Below are positions 1-6,478 of a stretch of 11,360 nucleotides of DNA, piece after piece. How positions within the stretch are numbered: position 1 is the first letter of the stretch; every line of letters begins with the position of its first letter. The DNA lies in the NCBI GenBank assembly GCA_038214755.1, contig JBBQRQ010000129.1, forward strand, positions 1-11,360, given 5' to 3'. The stretch is from Verrucomicrobiota bacterium (lineage in GTDB: Bacteria; Verrucomicrobiota; Verrucomicrobiia; Limisphaerales; CANJXF01). Below the pieces are notes generated by a model. The model saw nothing but the letters and a program-made list of their open reading frames with translations, was not told where the DNA came from and did no database searches. Made by a program: the position numbers and the translations under genes.

Positions 1-80
1 GCGCCGCTGCGTTTGTCCGCGCCGCACCGCCAACACCATCGCCTGCCGATCTTTTTCAGAGAGTTTTTCATGCTCAAAAC

Positions 81-137
81 TGTAGCAGACTGACCTAGAT
101 CAGATGACACTTCCCTGACCAACATCAGATGACACTT
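81..137. mobile_element. Solitary transposon/IS terminal sequence (TGT-type end with two tandem putative transposase-binding repeats; IS481/Tn7/Mu-like DDE superfamily architecture)
   Basis: Begins TGT at 81, followed by two 23-bp imperfect direct repeats CTGACC-N3-ATCAGATGACACTT at 90-112 and 115-137 (25-bp period). The adjacent ORF loses its family pattern exactly at this repeat. No transposase or partner end seen in the window. Confidence 0.6.
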
Positions 138-564
138 GCCCACTGGTGTCGTACTTAGCTAGAAAAAATCCTGATCTGTTAGTAAGGTTGGTGTTTCCGA
201 TTGTTAAGGGACCAGTGAATTTTCCAACTAAATAAATACTTCCGTTGCTAAAAACTGCAGCTCCTCCTTGTGCCCCTGTTCCTGTCCCTCCGCTTGTGTT
301 TCTTACCCACTGAAAGTTGCCTTGGGAATCATACTTCGCCAAAAAAGCTGCGCTGTTCCCTCCATTGGTTACTGTAGTTCCTCCAAACGTTGCGGCGGTA
401 CCAAAATATCCACAAACATAAGTGTTTTTTAATCCGTCGATCGTTAATCCGTATGGAACACCGCCGGATGCTCCCTGTGCCCAAACGAAATTATAAGGCT
501 GTTCGGCTACGACGATGTTTAGCGAAAACAGCAAGAGAATTGATATCCAAGGGAAGACATTCAT
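100..564 (-). pseudogene. 3'-truncated secreted beta-propeller repeat protein (SBBP-repeat-like)
   Basis: N-terminal signal peptide and two repeats of the type 'N.Y..G.F.G..T.G.T.LTN....FLAKYD..G'. The first repeat continues 'NFQWVR'; the second is cut after 'KYDTSG', and the last 12 aa come from the repeat at 100-138. Visibly AT-richer than the backbone. Confidence 0.7.
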
Positions 565-602
565 GTCGCGAAACTAAGTGGTTTTTATCAAGTTACAAGT
601 CG

Positions 603-678
603 TGAAATATACTGCTTCAGTTCCCTTATGGATGGCGTGGATAATATGTAGGGTCGGGAGGCTGAAGCAGTAATCTCA
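603..678. other. Long imperfect hairpin upstream of the truncated gene
   Basis: Perfect 11-bp inverted repeat TACTGCTTCAG (610-620) / CTGAAGCAGTA (662-672), extendable on both sides with G-U pairs and bulges. Confidence 0.6.
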
Positions 679-733
679 AGCGTGACTGCCGGTTCGAATC
701 CATCCGTCGAAGATTCCGCTTGCGTGCCAGACA

Positions 734-783
734 AAATTATTTTTTCAGATGCTCGTTGGGGAATGCCTCAGCGACCGGGCGCG
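734..783 (-). repeat. Displaced, decayed copy of the hydrolase gene 3' end (direct repeat of 1482-1531)
   Basis: 46/50 identity by manual alignment, including the stop codon. It reads RPVAEAFPNEHLKK* versus RQVAETFLDEHLKK* in the intact gene. Confidence 0.9.
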
Positions 784-850
784 TTTTTATTTTCTGGGAG
801 AGTGATTTGAACCACTTTTTCGTTTTACAAAATGACAAGATTTGAATTTT

Positions 851-950
851 CACACAGACTCTCACTGGAGCCAACGCCGCTTACGCCTTCCGTTCCGATT
901 TCGCGGTTGACATCGGAGTTCTAGCGCGGCTCAGTTCTTGGCAGCTAGTG
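851..950 (+). mobile_element. Degenerate integron attC-like site
   Basis: ACTGGAGCC (864-872) pairs with GGCTCAGT (928-935) with one extrahelical base, as in attC L boxes. Inner stem TCCGAT/ATCGGA (894-899/912-917). GCTAGTG at 944-950 is a decayed GTTRRRY, and the RYYYAAC box is also decayed. A short gene starts about 30 bp downstream. Confidence 0.55.
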
Positions 951-977
951 GCGTCGCATCACGCGCATAAAAAATCT

Positions 978-1433
978 ATGAAAACGATAAACAATAAATG
1001 GTTAATCGGATTGATCGCCCTGGCGGTTACCACCGCTTGGGCAGAAGACAATGCAGCAGTCAAGAAGGACAAAGCGCAGTTACAAGGCGAGTGGACAATG
1101 GTATCAGGCGAACGGGATGGCCAGGCATTTTCGGCTGACTTCATGAAAGATTCCAAGCGCGTTGCTAAAGAAGATGAGGTGACGGTGACGATCCAAGGCC
1201 AACTTTTCATGAAGGCGAAGTTTACCATCGACCCATCCAAGAATCCCAAGACGATTGATTATGCCGTCAGTGGCGGACGTTACGCGGGAAGCACCCAGCT
1301 TGGCATTTATGAACTCGACGGAGACAAAGTGAAGTATTGCTTTTCGAGCCCCGACAAAGAGCGACCGACCGACTTCACGACAAAGCCGGATGACGGACGC
1401 ACTCTTTCGGTCTGGCAAAGGAAGAAGAAGTAG
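978..1433 (+). CDS. Secreted TIGR03067 (Planctomycetes uncharacterized domain) family protein, probable integron cassette gene
   Basis: Signal peptide ending 'TAWA', plus the family motifs 'LQGEWTMVSGERDG', 'IDPSKNPKTID', 'LGIYELDGD..KYCF..P..ERPTDF'. ATG at 978 is preferred to GTG at 948, which lies inside the attC-like site. Confidence 0.85.
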   Translation: MKTINNKWLIGLIALAVTTAWAEDNAAVKKDKAQLQGEWTMVSGERDGQAFSADFMKDSKRVAKEDEVTVTIQGQLFMKAKFTIDPSKNPKTIDYAVSGGRYAGSTQLGIYELDGDKVKYCFSSPDKERPTDFTTKPDDGRTLSVWQRKKK

Positions 1434-1484
1434 CCACATATTTTTCCCGCCCATTGAGCGGGCGTGACGCGCGTTGATGCGAAA

Positions 1485-2591
1485 TTATTTTTTCAGATGC
1501 TCGTCGAGGAATGTCTCAGCGACCTGGCGCGCTTCGGGCGAATAGCGATGGCCTTGATGATGATTGAACCAGCCGAGATTTTCCGCCGCGCTAAAAAGTT
1601 TGTAAACGGGCATCGCCGCTTCGATGAACGCCCAACTCTTATCGCCGTCAACGGAGTCTCCGACGAGTAAAAGAAAAGCGCGCGGCGCGATCAATGCAAG
1701 GACCTGGTGATTCTCCAAATGAAAATTCGCTTCCTTGATCTCAGGCCCGAAATACCACGGCGCATCCCAGTTGCTGAATTTCAATCCGATACCGCCTTCG
1801 CTGGAAACGGCGGCGCGATAACGTTCATCAAATGCCGCGGCGTAAAGCGCAACTTTTCCGCCGAGAGAATGACCGATGCAGCCGATTCTATTTTTGTCAA
1901 TGTTCGGAAGTGATTCTAAAAAATCGGCGGCGCGTATCGCATCAAAAGTCATGCGCGTCATCGCTCGCCAATCCGGATGTTGCTTTCGGATTTTCTCCGC
2001 GTTGAGTGTCCAGAGTTTGGCGTTGGCTTTCACGCCGCTCTGATCGTCGAAAATAAAATTGCGCGGACACCAAACCACATAACCGCGTTGAACGAGTTGA
2101 ACTCCCTGCCATTTTTCCTCGGCATATTCGGAAGACAAACCGGCGACTCCTTTTGCCTGGAGCGGCGTGGTCGGATGAAACACCACAATGGCTGGAAATT
2201 TCTTTTGCCGGATTTTAGGCGTGAGCAAATAGCCGTCTGTAAAAACGCCGTCTTCAATTTGATATTTTAAATATTCTCGCGTGAACTGCGGCAACTCCTC
2301 CTTCGATAGAATTTTCGTTTTCAGCGGCGCTCTTTGTTTTGGAAATGCGCCCATGAATTTGTCCCATTCGGCTTTAAAAGCTTCGCGCTGCGCCAGCCAT
2401 TCTTTTTTTGTCGTGATGGTTTCGCTGTCCGACGTTTTCAACAACGGTTGCAGCGCGGGAGAATTTTTGGGCGATCCGGCAGGAGGAATTTGGATTTTTT
2501 CAGTGAGATCGTTTTCGGCAAAAACGAAATTTCCCGCCACTGAAAAAGCGAGGATAAGCGGCAGGAACTTTCTGGCGGCGCGTGGTTTCAC
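1485..2591 (-). CDS. Secreted alpha/beta hydrolase (dienelactone hydrolase / acetyl xylan esterase-like)
   Basis: 368-aa ORF with signal peptide, 'RAADFLESLPNIDKNRIGCIGHSLGG' nucleophile elbow (GxSxG), 'ALIAPRAFL..GD..D' and C-terminal 'GH'. Confidence 0.9.
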   Translation of the reverse strand: MKPRAARKFLPLILAFSVAGNFVFAENDLTEKIQIPPAGSPKNSPALQPLLKTSDSETITTKKEWLAQREAFKAEWDKFMGAFPKQRAPLKTKILSKEELPQFTREYLKYQIEDGVFTDGYLLTPKIRQKKFPAIVVFHPTTPLQAKGVAGLSSEYAEEKWQGVQLVQRGYVVWCPRNFIFDDQSGVKANAKLWTLNAEKIRKQHPDWRAMTRMTFDAIRAADFLESLPNIDKNRIGCIGHSLGGKVALYAAAFDERYRAAVSSEGGIGLKFSNWDAPWYFGPEIKEANFHLENHQVLALIAPRAFLLLVGDSVDGDKSWAFIEAAMPVYKLFSAAENLGWFNHHQGHRYSPEARQVAETFLDEHLKK

Positions 2592-2599
2592 AAAGGCAA

Positions 2600-2706
2600 A
2601 TCGGAGCGGGGACGTTCTCGTCCGCGAGTTCCATTGAAACGTGCGGGAGCGGTCCCTGTCCGCACTTGAATTAACAACTCGCGGACGAGAACGTCCGCGC
2701 TCCGAT
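2600..2706. repeat. REP/BIME-like intergenic palindrome
   Basis: 31-bp arms at 2600-2630 and 2676-2706 are complementary at 30/31 positions. Each arm is itself palindromic (GCGGAC..GTCCGC type), and a third related hairpin GTGCGGGA..TCCGCAC lies in the loop (2641-2665). Confidence 0.85.
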
Positions 2707-2708
2707 GA

Positions 2709-3584
2709 TCAAAGTTTTTTTCCGAAGCCCGATTTTGGTTTGCCATCTTTATCGAGTTTGTTGCAGGTCCAAAGCAGGCCGCGCGTGACGAGATCGAGGT
2801 ATTCGTCAGTTTTCATTATCGCATCGAGGTGGCCAAGGGTCGTGCCGAAAACGCGGGACTTGCCGTACGTGTTCACCCAAATGCACGCGTGCTCGTCGGT
2901 TTCATTTTTTGGCGTGAGACTTTTCGCCAGCGGAATGCAGTTCGGCCAAACTTTTTTGATCTCGTAAAGTTCATCTTCGGGATCGTGAAATTTCGCCGGC
3001 CAACCTTTCATGACGGGATGTTCCGGTTTCACGTTGATCACGACAAAAGCGCGTTTGGGCTGGTGACGATACGAACTGACGCCCAGCAGTTTTCGCCATT
3101 CGTCGGTCTCCGCGTCACGATAGCTGTGGATCGAGCAGTGAATCATGACCACGCCGATGCCGTTGGTTTGCGCGCGAGCCATCGCCTCGATGAATGGAAC
3201 GTCAATCACTTTCCCGGAGCATTCGTTATGCACGATCACGTCGTAGCCTTTTGTCCAATCCGGTTTTTCGTAAATGCTGAATTTATGTTCTTTGGCGTCG
3301 TTGTCGCCTTCGTGAATAATTGTCCAGACAACATTGCCATTGGCGCGAGCGCTGATGCCTTCGGTCAAAGTTTTCTTTTGCGCTTCGTAATCGTGACAAC
3401 AACCGCCGGTGATGAGGAGGGCGCGCAGTGGCTCGGCGGATTGGGCGCAGAGTATTGAAAAAAGGAAAAACATCGAACATCCAACATCGAACATCCAACG
3501 CTGAAGTTTTCTGCGCCGAAGCGAGTTTCCCAATTCGATGTTCAGTGTTCGGTGTTCGATGTTCGATGTTGGTTTTTTTTTCAT
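2709..3584 (-). CDS. Secreted ThuA-domain (class I glutamine amidotransferase-like fold) protein
   Basis: 'LRALLITGGCCHDY', 'YDVIVHNEC', 'HCSIHSYR', 'HPVMKG', 'DELY', 'WVNTYGKSRVFGTTLGH'. The ATG overlaps the upstream TGA (ATGA), implying translational coupling. Confidence 0.88.
   Translation of the reverse strand: MKKKPTSNIEHRTLNIELGNSLRRRKLQRWMFDVGCSMFFLFSILCAQSAEPLRALLITGGCCHDYEAQKKTLTEGISARANGNVVWTIIHEGDNDAKEHKFSIYEKPDWTKGYDVIVHNECSGKVIDVPFIEAMARAQTNGIGVVMIHCSIHSYRDAETDEWRKLLGVSSYRHQPKRAFVVINVKPEHPVMKGWPAKFHDPEDELYEIKKVWPNCIPLAKSLTPKNETDEHACIWVNTYGKSRVFGTTLGHLDAIMKTDEYLDLVTRGLLWTCNKLDKDGKPKSGFGKKL
3469..3572. repeat. Two inverted arrays of 7-bp tandem repeats (AACATCG/C x5 and TTCGATG-like x5) in the 5' coding region of the ThuA gene
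   Basis: AACATCG AACATCC AACATCG AACATCC AACGCTG at 3469-3503 and TTCGATG TTCAGTG TTCGGTG TTCGATG TTCGATG at 3534-3568, separated by a 30-bp spacer. Confidence 0.9.
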
Positions 3585-4498
3585 ACGTCACAAATTTTTA
3601 CCGCCTGACTGAGCGACGCAATTTTGTCCCGCGTCGGAATAAATTCCTGGCCGACAAATCCTTGGTAGCCGGTTTCCAGGATCGCTTTCATGACCGGGGG
3701 ATAATTGATTTCCTGGGTGTCGTCAATCTCTCCGCGCCCCGGATTTCCGGCGGTGTGATAATGCGCGATGTAAGGATAATGCTGGCGAATTCGCGCAATG
3801 ACATCGCCGTGCATGATCTGGACGTGATAAATATCGAACAAAAGTTTCATCCGCTCGGAACCAATTTGTTTGCAGATGTCCACGGCCATTTCGATGTTGT
3901 CGCAAAAATAATCGGGATGGCCTTTCATCTCGATGTTGACTCGCGAGTTGAGCATTTCGAGACAGAGATTCACTTTGCGTTTCTCAGCGAGGCCGACGAT
4001 TTTTTTCAAGCCTTCCACCATATTCTTGATTCCTTCCTCGGTGGAAAGGCCGCGGCGAAATCCGGAAAAAGTAATCACGTTGGAAAATCCCGCATCCGCC
4101 GTTTGGTTGATTCGCTCTTCCAAAACTTTCAAACACTCTGCGTGCTCTTCCCTGTGCGCAAAACCTTTGGCAAATCCGTGACTCGGCGTGATGGCGCAGG
4201 CCAGCCCCAATTTTTTTAACAGCGGCCAATGTTCAGGCGCGACAAGTTCCACTGACTGCATCCCGAGTCTCACGGCATTTCGAGCCAGTTCTTCCACGGA
4301 CATCGGTTTGAAACACCAAAGGACGACCGATTGCCGGATGCGGTTAGCCTTTGCTTTATAAAAGTTTTCTTCTGCCGCTGGCTTTGCGATTCGCGGTAAT
4401 GTCATCGCCGCGCCAAAGAGGAAACCTGTTTTGAGGATGCTGCGACGACTTACGACAGTAAGGGGAGCTGGATTCGCGGAATGAGTTTTCAGCTTCAT
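3581..4498 (-). CDS. Hydroxypyruvate isomerase (Hyi)-family / xylose-isomerase-like TIM barrel protein with Tat signal
   Basis: 'SRRSILK' twin-arginine motif, plus 'LEMLNS', 'KLLFDIYHVQIMHGD', 'HYHTAGNPGRGE', 'GYQGFVGQEF'. ATG at 4498 chosen; TTG at 4507 is possible. Confidence 0.88.
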   Translation of the reverse strand: MKLKTHSANPAPLTVVSRRSILKTGFLFGAAMTLPRIAKPAAEENFYKAKANRIRQSVVLWCFKPMSVEELARNAVRLGMQSVELVAPEHWPLLKKLGLACAITPSHGFAKGFAHREEHAECLKVLEERINQTADAGFSNVITFSGFRRGLSTEEGIKNMVEGLKKIVGLAEKRKVNLCLEMLNSRVNIEMKGHPDYFCDNIEMAVDICKQIGSERMKLLFDIYHVQIMHGDVIARIRQHYPYIAHYHTAGNPGRGEIDDTQEINYPPVMKAILETGYQGFVGQEFIPTRDKIASLSQAVKICDV

Positions 4499-4595
4499 AG
4501 ATTTCAAAGTTTTCCGGAGGCGACAACTGAAATATCATGGCCCGTATGGAATTCGCTATGAAATTCTGGGTGTGGGCAGCGAACGGGATGACTTA

Positions 4596-4624
4596 TTGAC
4601 CATTTCCACAAATCGGATTATTTC
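4596..4624 (+). promoter_or_regulatory. Possible sigma70-type promoter for hicBA
   Basis: TTGACC (4596-4601), 17 bp, TATTTC (4619-4624), 7 nt before the ATG. The -10 box is imperfect. Confidence 0.35.
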
Positions 4625-4631
4625 TTTGCCA

Positions 4632-4880
4632 ATGAATTTCGGTATTTTGTTCGAGAAGGTTCAGGATAAGGATTTCCCGCCCGAATATTTTTACGCGCAC
4701 ATTCCAAGTCTGGGGTTGACGACGCACGGTTTAGGAGTTGACGGTGCGCGACAAGCCGCTTTCGATCTGGCGCGACTATGGCTCACCGAAAAAAAAATCA
4801 ATGGCGAATTGGTTCCATCCTCGTCGGAAATTCTTTTTTCAACCCTCGACATTCCTGACGATGCCTTACAAAGCGCGTGA
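4632..4880 (+). CDS. hicB: HicB-family antitoxin (short form, no C-terminal DNA-binding domain)
   Basis: 82 aa; the pattern '[15 protein letters not shown]...D.AR..A.D...LWL......GE.VP' matches the HicB partial RNase H fold. Overlaps hicA by 20 bp. Confidence 0.8.
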   Translation: MNFGILFEKVQDKDFPPEYFYAHIPSLGLTTHGLGVDGARQAAFDLARLWLTEKKINGELVPSSSEILFSTLDIPDDALQSA

Positions 4881-5067
4881 GGTGCTCAAAAAATTGCAGC
4901 ACGCGGGCTTTGTCATTAAACGACAATCTGGTTCCCACATTATCTTGCGACACAGCGATGGGCGACAAACCTATGTGGCCATGCATCCAGGCGACATTCC
5001 TACCGGAACTTTTCGCGCGATTTTAAAACAAGCCAATCTTAGCGAAGAAGAATTTCGCAATTTGTAA
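4861..5067 (+). CDS. hicA: HicA-family mRNA interferase toxin
   Basis: 68 aa from ATG 4861: '[12 protein letters not shown]...[14 protein letters not shown]...V.MH..DIP.GT.RAILKQA', with the catalytic GSH His intact. Confidence 0.92.
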   Translation: MPYKAREVLKKLQHAGFVIKRQSGSHIILRHSDGRQTYVAMHPGDIPTGTFRAILKQANLSEEEFRNL

Positions 5068-5093
5068 CTTACAGAAGGCGCGGCGAATTCGGG

Positions 5094-5125
5094 AAATAAA
5101 AACCGGGCCTCTCGTGAAGAGCGGC
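5094..5125 (-). terminator. Possible intrinsic terminator on the minus strand, between convergent pheA and hicA
   Basis: Minus strand reads CCG-CTCT-tcacg-AGAG-gcc-CGG followed by TTTTTATTT; the stem has a bulge. Confidence 0.4.
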
Positions 5126-5361
5126 AACGATTCCAATAGTCCACGGCCATCAGCGGCGCTTGCTCGGCTGATTTGACCACGTTATCAGATTTTCGTTCTT
5201 TGGTATTCTTTGGCCTTGCCCGGATTTGGGGAATAGGAGAAACACAAAAAATTCTTTCGGGCACACTATCTGAAATGTTTTCACGCGTTGCATTTTATCA
5301 AAGCGCCTGAAGCAAAAAACGGGTCTGACGGGTTTTGGTGAAAAGAGGATTACGCCGCACA

Positions 5362-6423
5362 CTAATCCGTGTTTGGATACGATCCGAGGACTTTGACGAA
5401 ATTGCATTGCCGTTCCAGATCGGCAATCGCTCTGGCAACTTTTTTGTCATTCACGTGTCCATCACAATCGACAAAGAAAAAATATTCCCACGCTTTGCGT
5501 TTGCTGGGACGCGACTCGATTTTGGTCATGTTCAATTTGTAACGGCGAAAGGCATTCAGCGCCGAGTGCAATGCGCCGACTTCGTGCGCGATGCTGATCA
5601 TCAAACTCGTCCGGTCTTTGCCCGTGGGCGGACTACACTGGCGTCCCAGCACAAGGAATCGCGTGGCATTGGCGGAATTGTCCTGCACAGCATGTTCCAA
5701 AATGGGGAGATGATATTTTTCGGCGGCAAGTTCCCCGGCGATGGCGGCGGAATTTTTTTCGCGCGCGGCAAATTCCGCGGAGCGCGCGTTGGAAGAAGTT
5801 TCGATGACTTCCGCGCTCGGGAAATTTTTCTGCAACCAAAGCCGGCACTGCGCGAGCGTTTGCGGATGGATATAAAACTTTTTGATTTGCGTTTTCTTGA
5901 AGCGGCTCAAAAGGCATTGCTGAATTCGCAAAATAATTTGGGCAACTATTTTTAAATCGCTTTCCACAAACATATCGAGCGTGTGGGTGACCACGCCTTC
6001 TGTGGAATTTTCCACCGGCACGACCCCGTAATCCGCGCGACGCTGGCTGACTTCGGCGAAAACATCCGCGATCGTTTTCTGGGCGGCGTAGCGAAGACTG
6101 GCGCCAAATTTTTGAATGGCGGCCTGATGAGTAAACGTGGCTTCCGGGCCGAGGTAAGCAATCGTCATCGACTTTTCCAGCGAGAGAGCGCTCGACATGA
6201 CTTCGCGGTAAATGGCGCGAAGCGAATCATTGGTGATGGGGCCATCATTGATTTTGCCAAGTCGATTGAAGACCGCTTGCTCGCGATGGGGCGCATAAAT
6301 TTCTTCGCCGGCCTTAAGTTTGATTTCGCCAATTTCCAGAACATGCTTGGTGCGCTCGTTGAGTAGCTTGACGATTTGCGCGTCAAGTTTGTCAATGGAC
6401 TTGCGGTGCTGCGGGATGTTCAT
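5362..6423 (-). CDS. pheA: Bifunctional chorismate mutase / prephenate dehydratase (P-protein)
   Basis: AroQ domain 'R..IDKLD..IV.LLNER', PDT motifs 'IAYLGPEATFT', 'GVVPVENSTEG', 'NATRFLVLG', and ACT domain 'NMTKIESRPS...WEY.FFVD'. ATG at 6423 is preferred because the longer start overlaps the promoter. Confidence 0.97.
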   Translation of the reverse strand: MNIPQHRKSIDKLDAQIVKLLNERTKHVLEIGEIKLKAGEEIYAPHREQAVFNRLGKINDGPITNDSLRAIYREVMSSALSLEKSMTIAYLGPEATFTHQAAIQKFGASLRYAAQKTIADVFAEVSQRRADYGVVPVENSTEGVVTHTLDMFVESDLKIVAQIILRIQQCLLSRFKKTQIKKFYIHPQTLAQCRLWLQKNFPSAEVIETSSNARSAEFAAREKNSAAIAGELAAEKYHLPILEHAVQDNSANATRFLVLGRQCSPPTGKDRTSLMISIAHEVGALHSALNAFRRYKLNMTKIESRPSKRKAWEYFFFVDCDGHVNDKKVARAIADLERQCNFVKVLGSYPNTD

Positions 6424-6433
6424 TGGTGAGCAG

Positions 6434-6463
6434 AGAATAGATAAACAGTAATCCAAGCGTCAA
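6434..6463 (-). promoter_or_regulatory. sigma70-type promoter of pheA
   Basis: Minus strand TTGACG (6463-6458), 18 bp, TATTCT (6439-6434), 10 nt before the ATG. Confidence 0.6.
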
Positions 6464-6478
6464 ATTTCATGACGATTT

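Noticed and set aside
1..71. Possible minus-strand gene start (ATG at 71, MKNSLKKIGRRW...)
   Set aside because: Only 23 codons are visible with no recognisable family, so it cannot be supported from this window.
654..705. Intact tRNA gene, or Alu/SRP-like sequence (TCGGGAGGCTGAAGCAG)
   Set aside because: Only 2 bp of the T-stem pair, and there is no acceptor stem or CCA. The Alu-like match is short and most likely coincidental.
1441..1463. Intrinsic terminator after the TIGR03067 gene
   Set aside because: The short CCCGC/GCGGG stem is not followed by a U-tract on either strand.
734..1531. Repeat pair at a gene 3' end as a DGR template/variable repeat
   Set aside because: Mismatches are not confined to adenines of either copy, the repeat is only 50 bp, and no reverse transcriptase is present.
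3469..3572. CRISPR array
   Set aside because: Units are contiguous 7-mers with no unique spacers, and there are no cas genes.
5120..5230. c-di-GMP-I riboswitch on the minus strand
   Set aside because: Only loose resemblance (GGGCAA..., GGTC...GATGGCCG). The GNRA-capped P2 stem and the GACGCAAAGC core are missing.
2829..6366. Long plus-strand ORFs 2829-3458, 3428-4219, 5335-5955 and 5983-6366, and the other short overlapping ORFs in the track
   Set aside because: They are antisense or alternate-frame shadows of well-supported genes, with no recognisable motifs.
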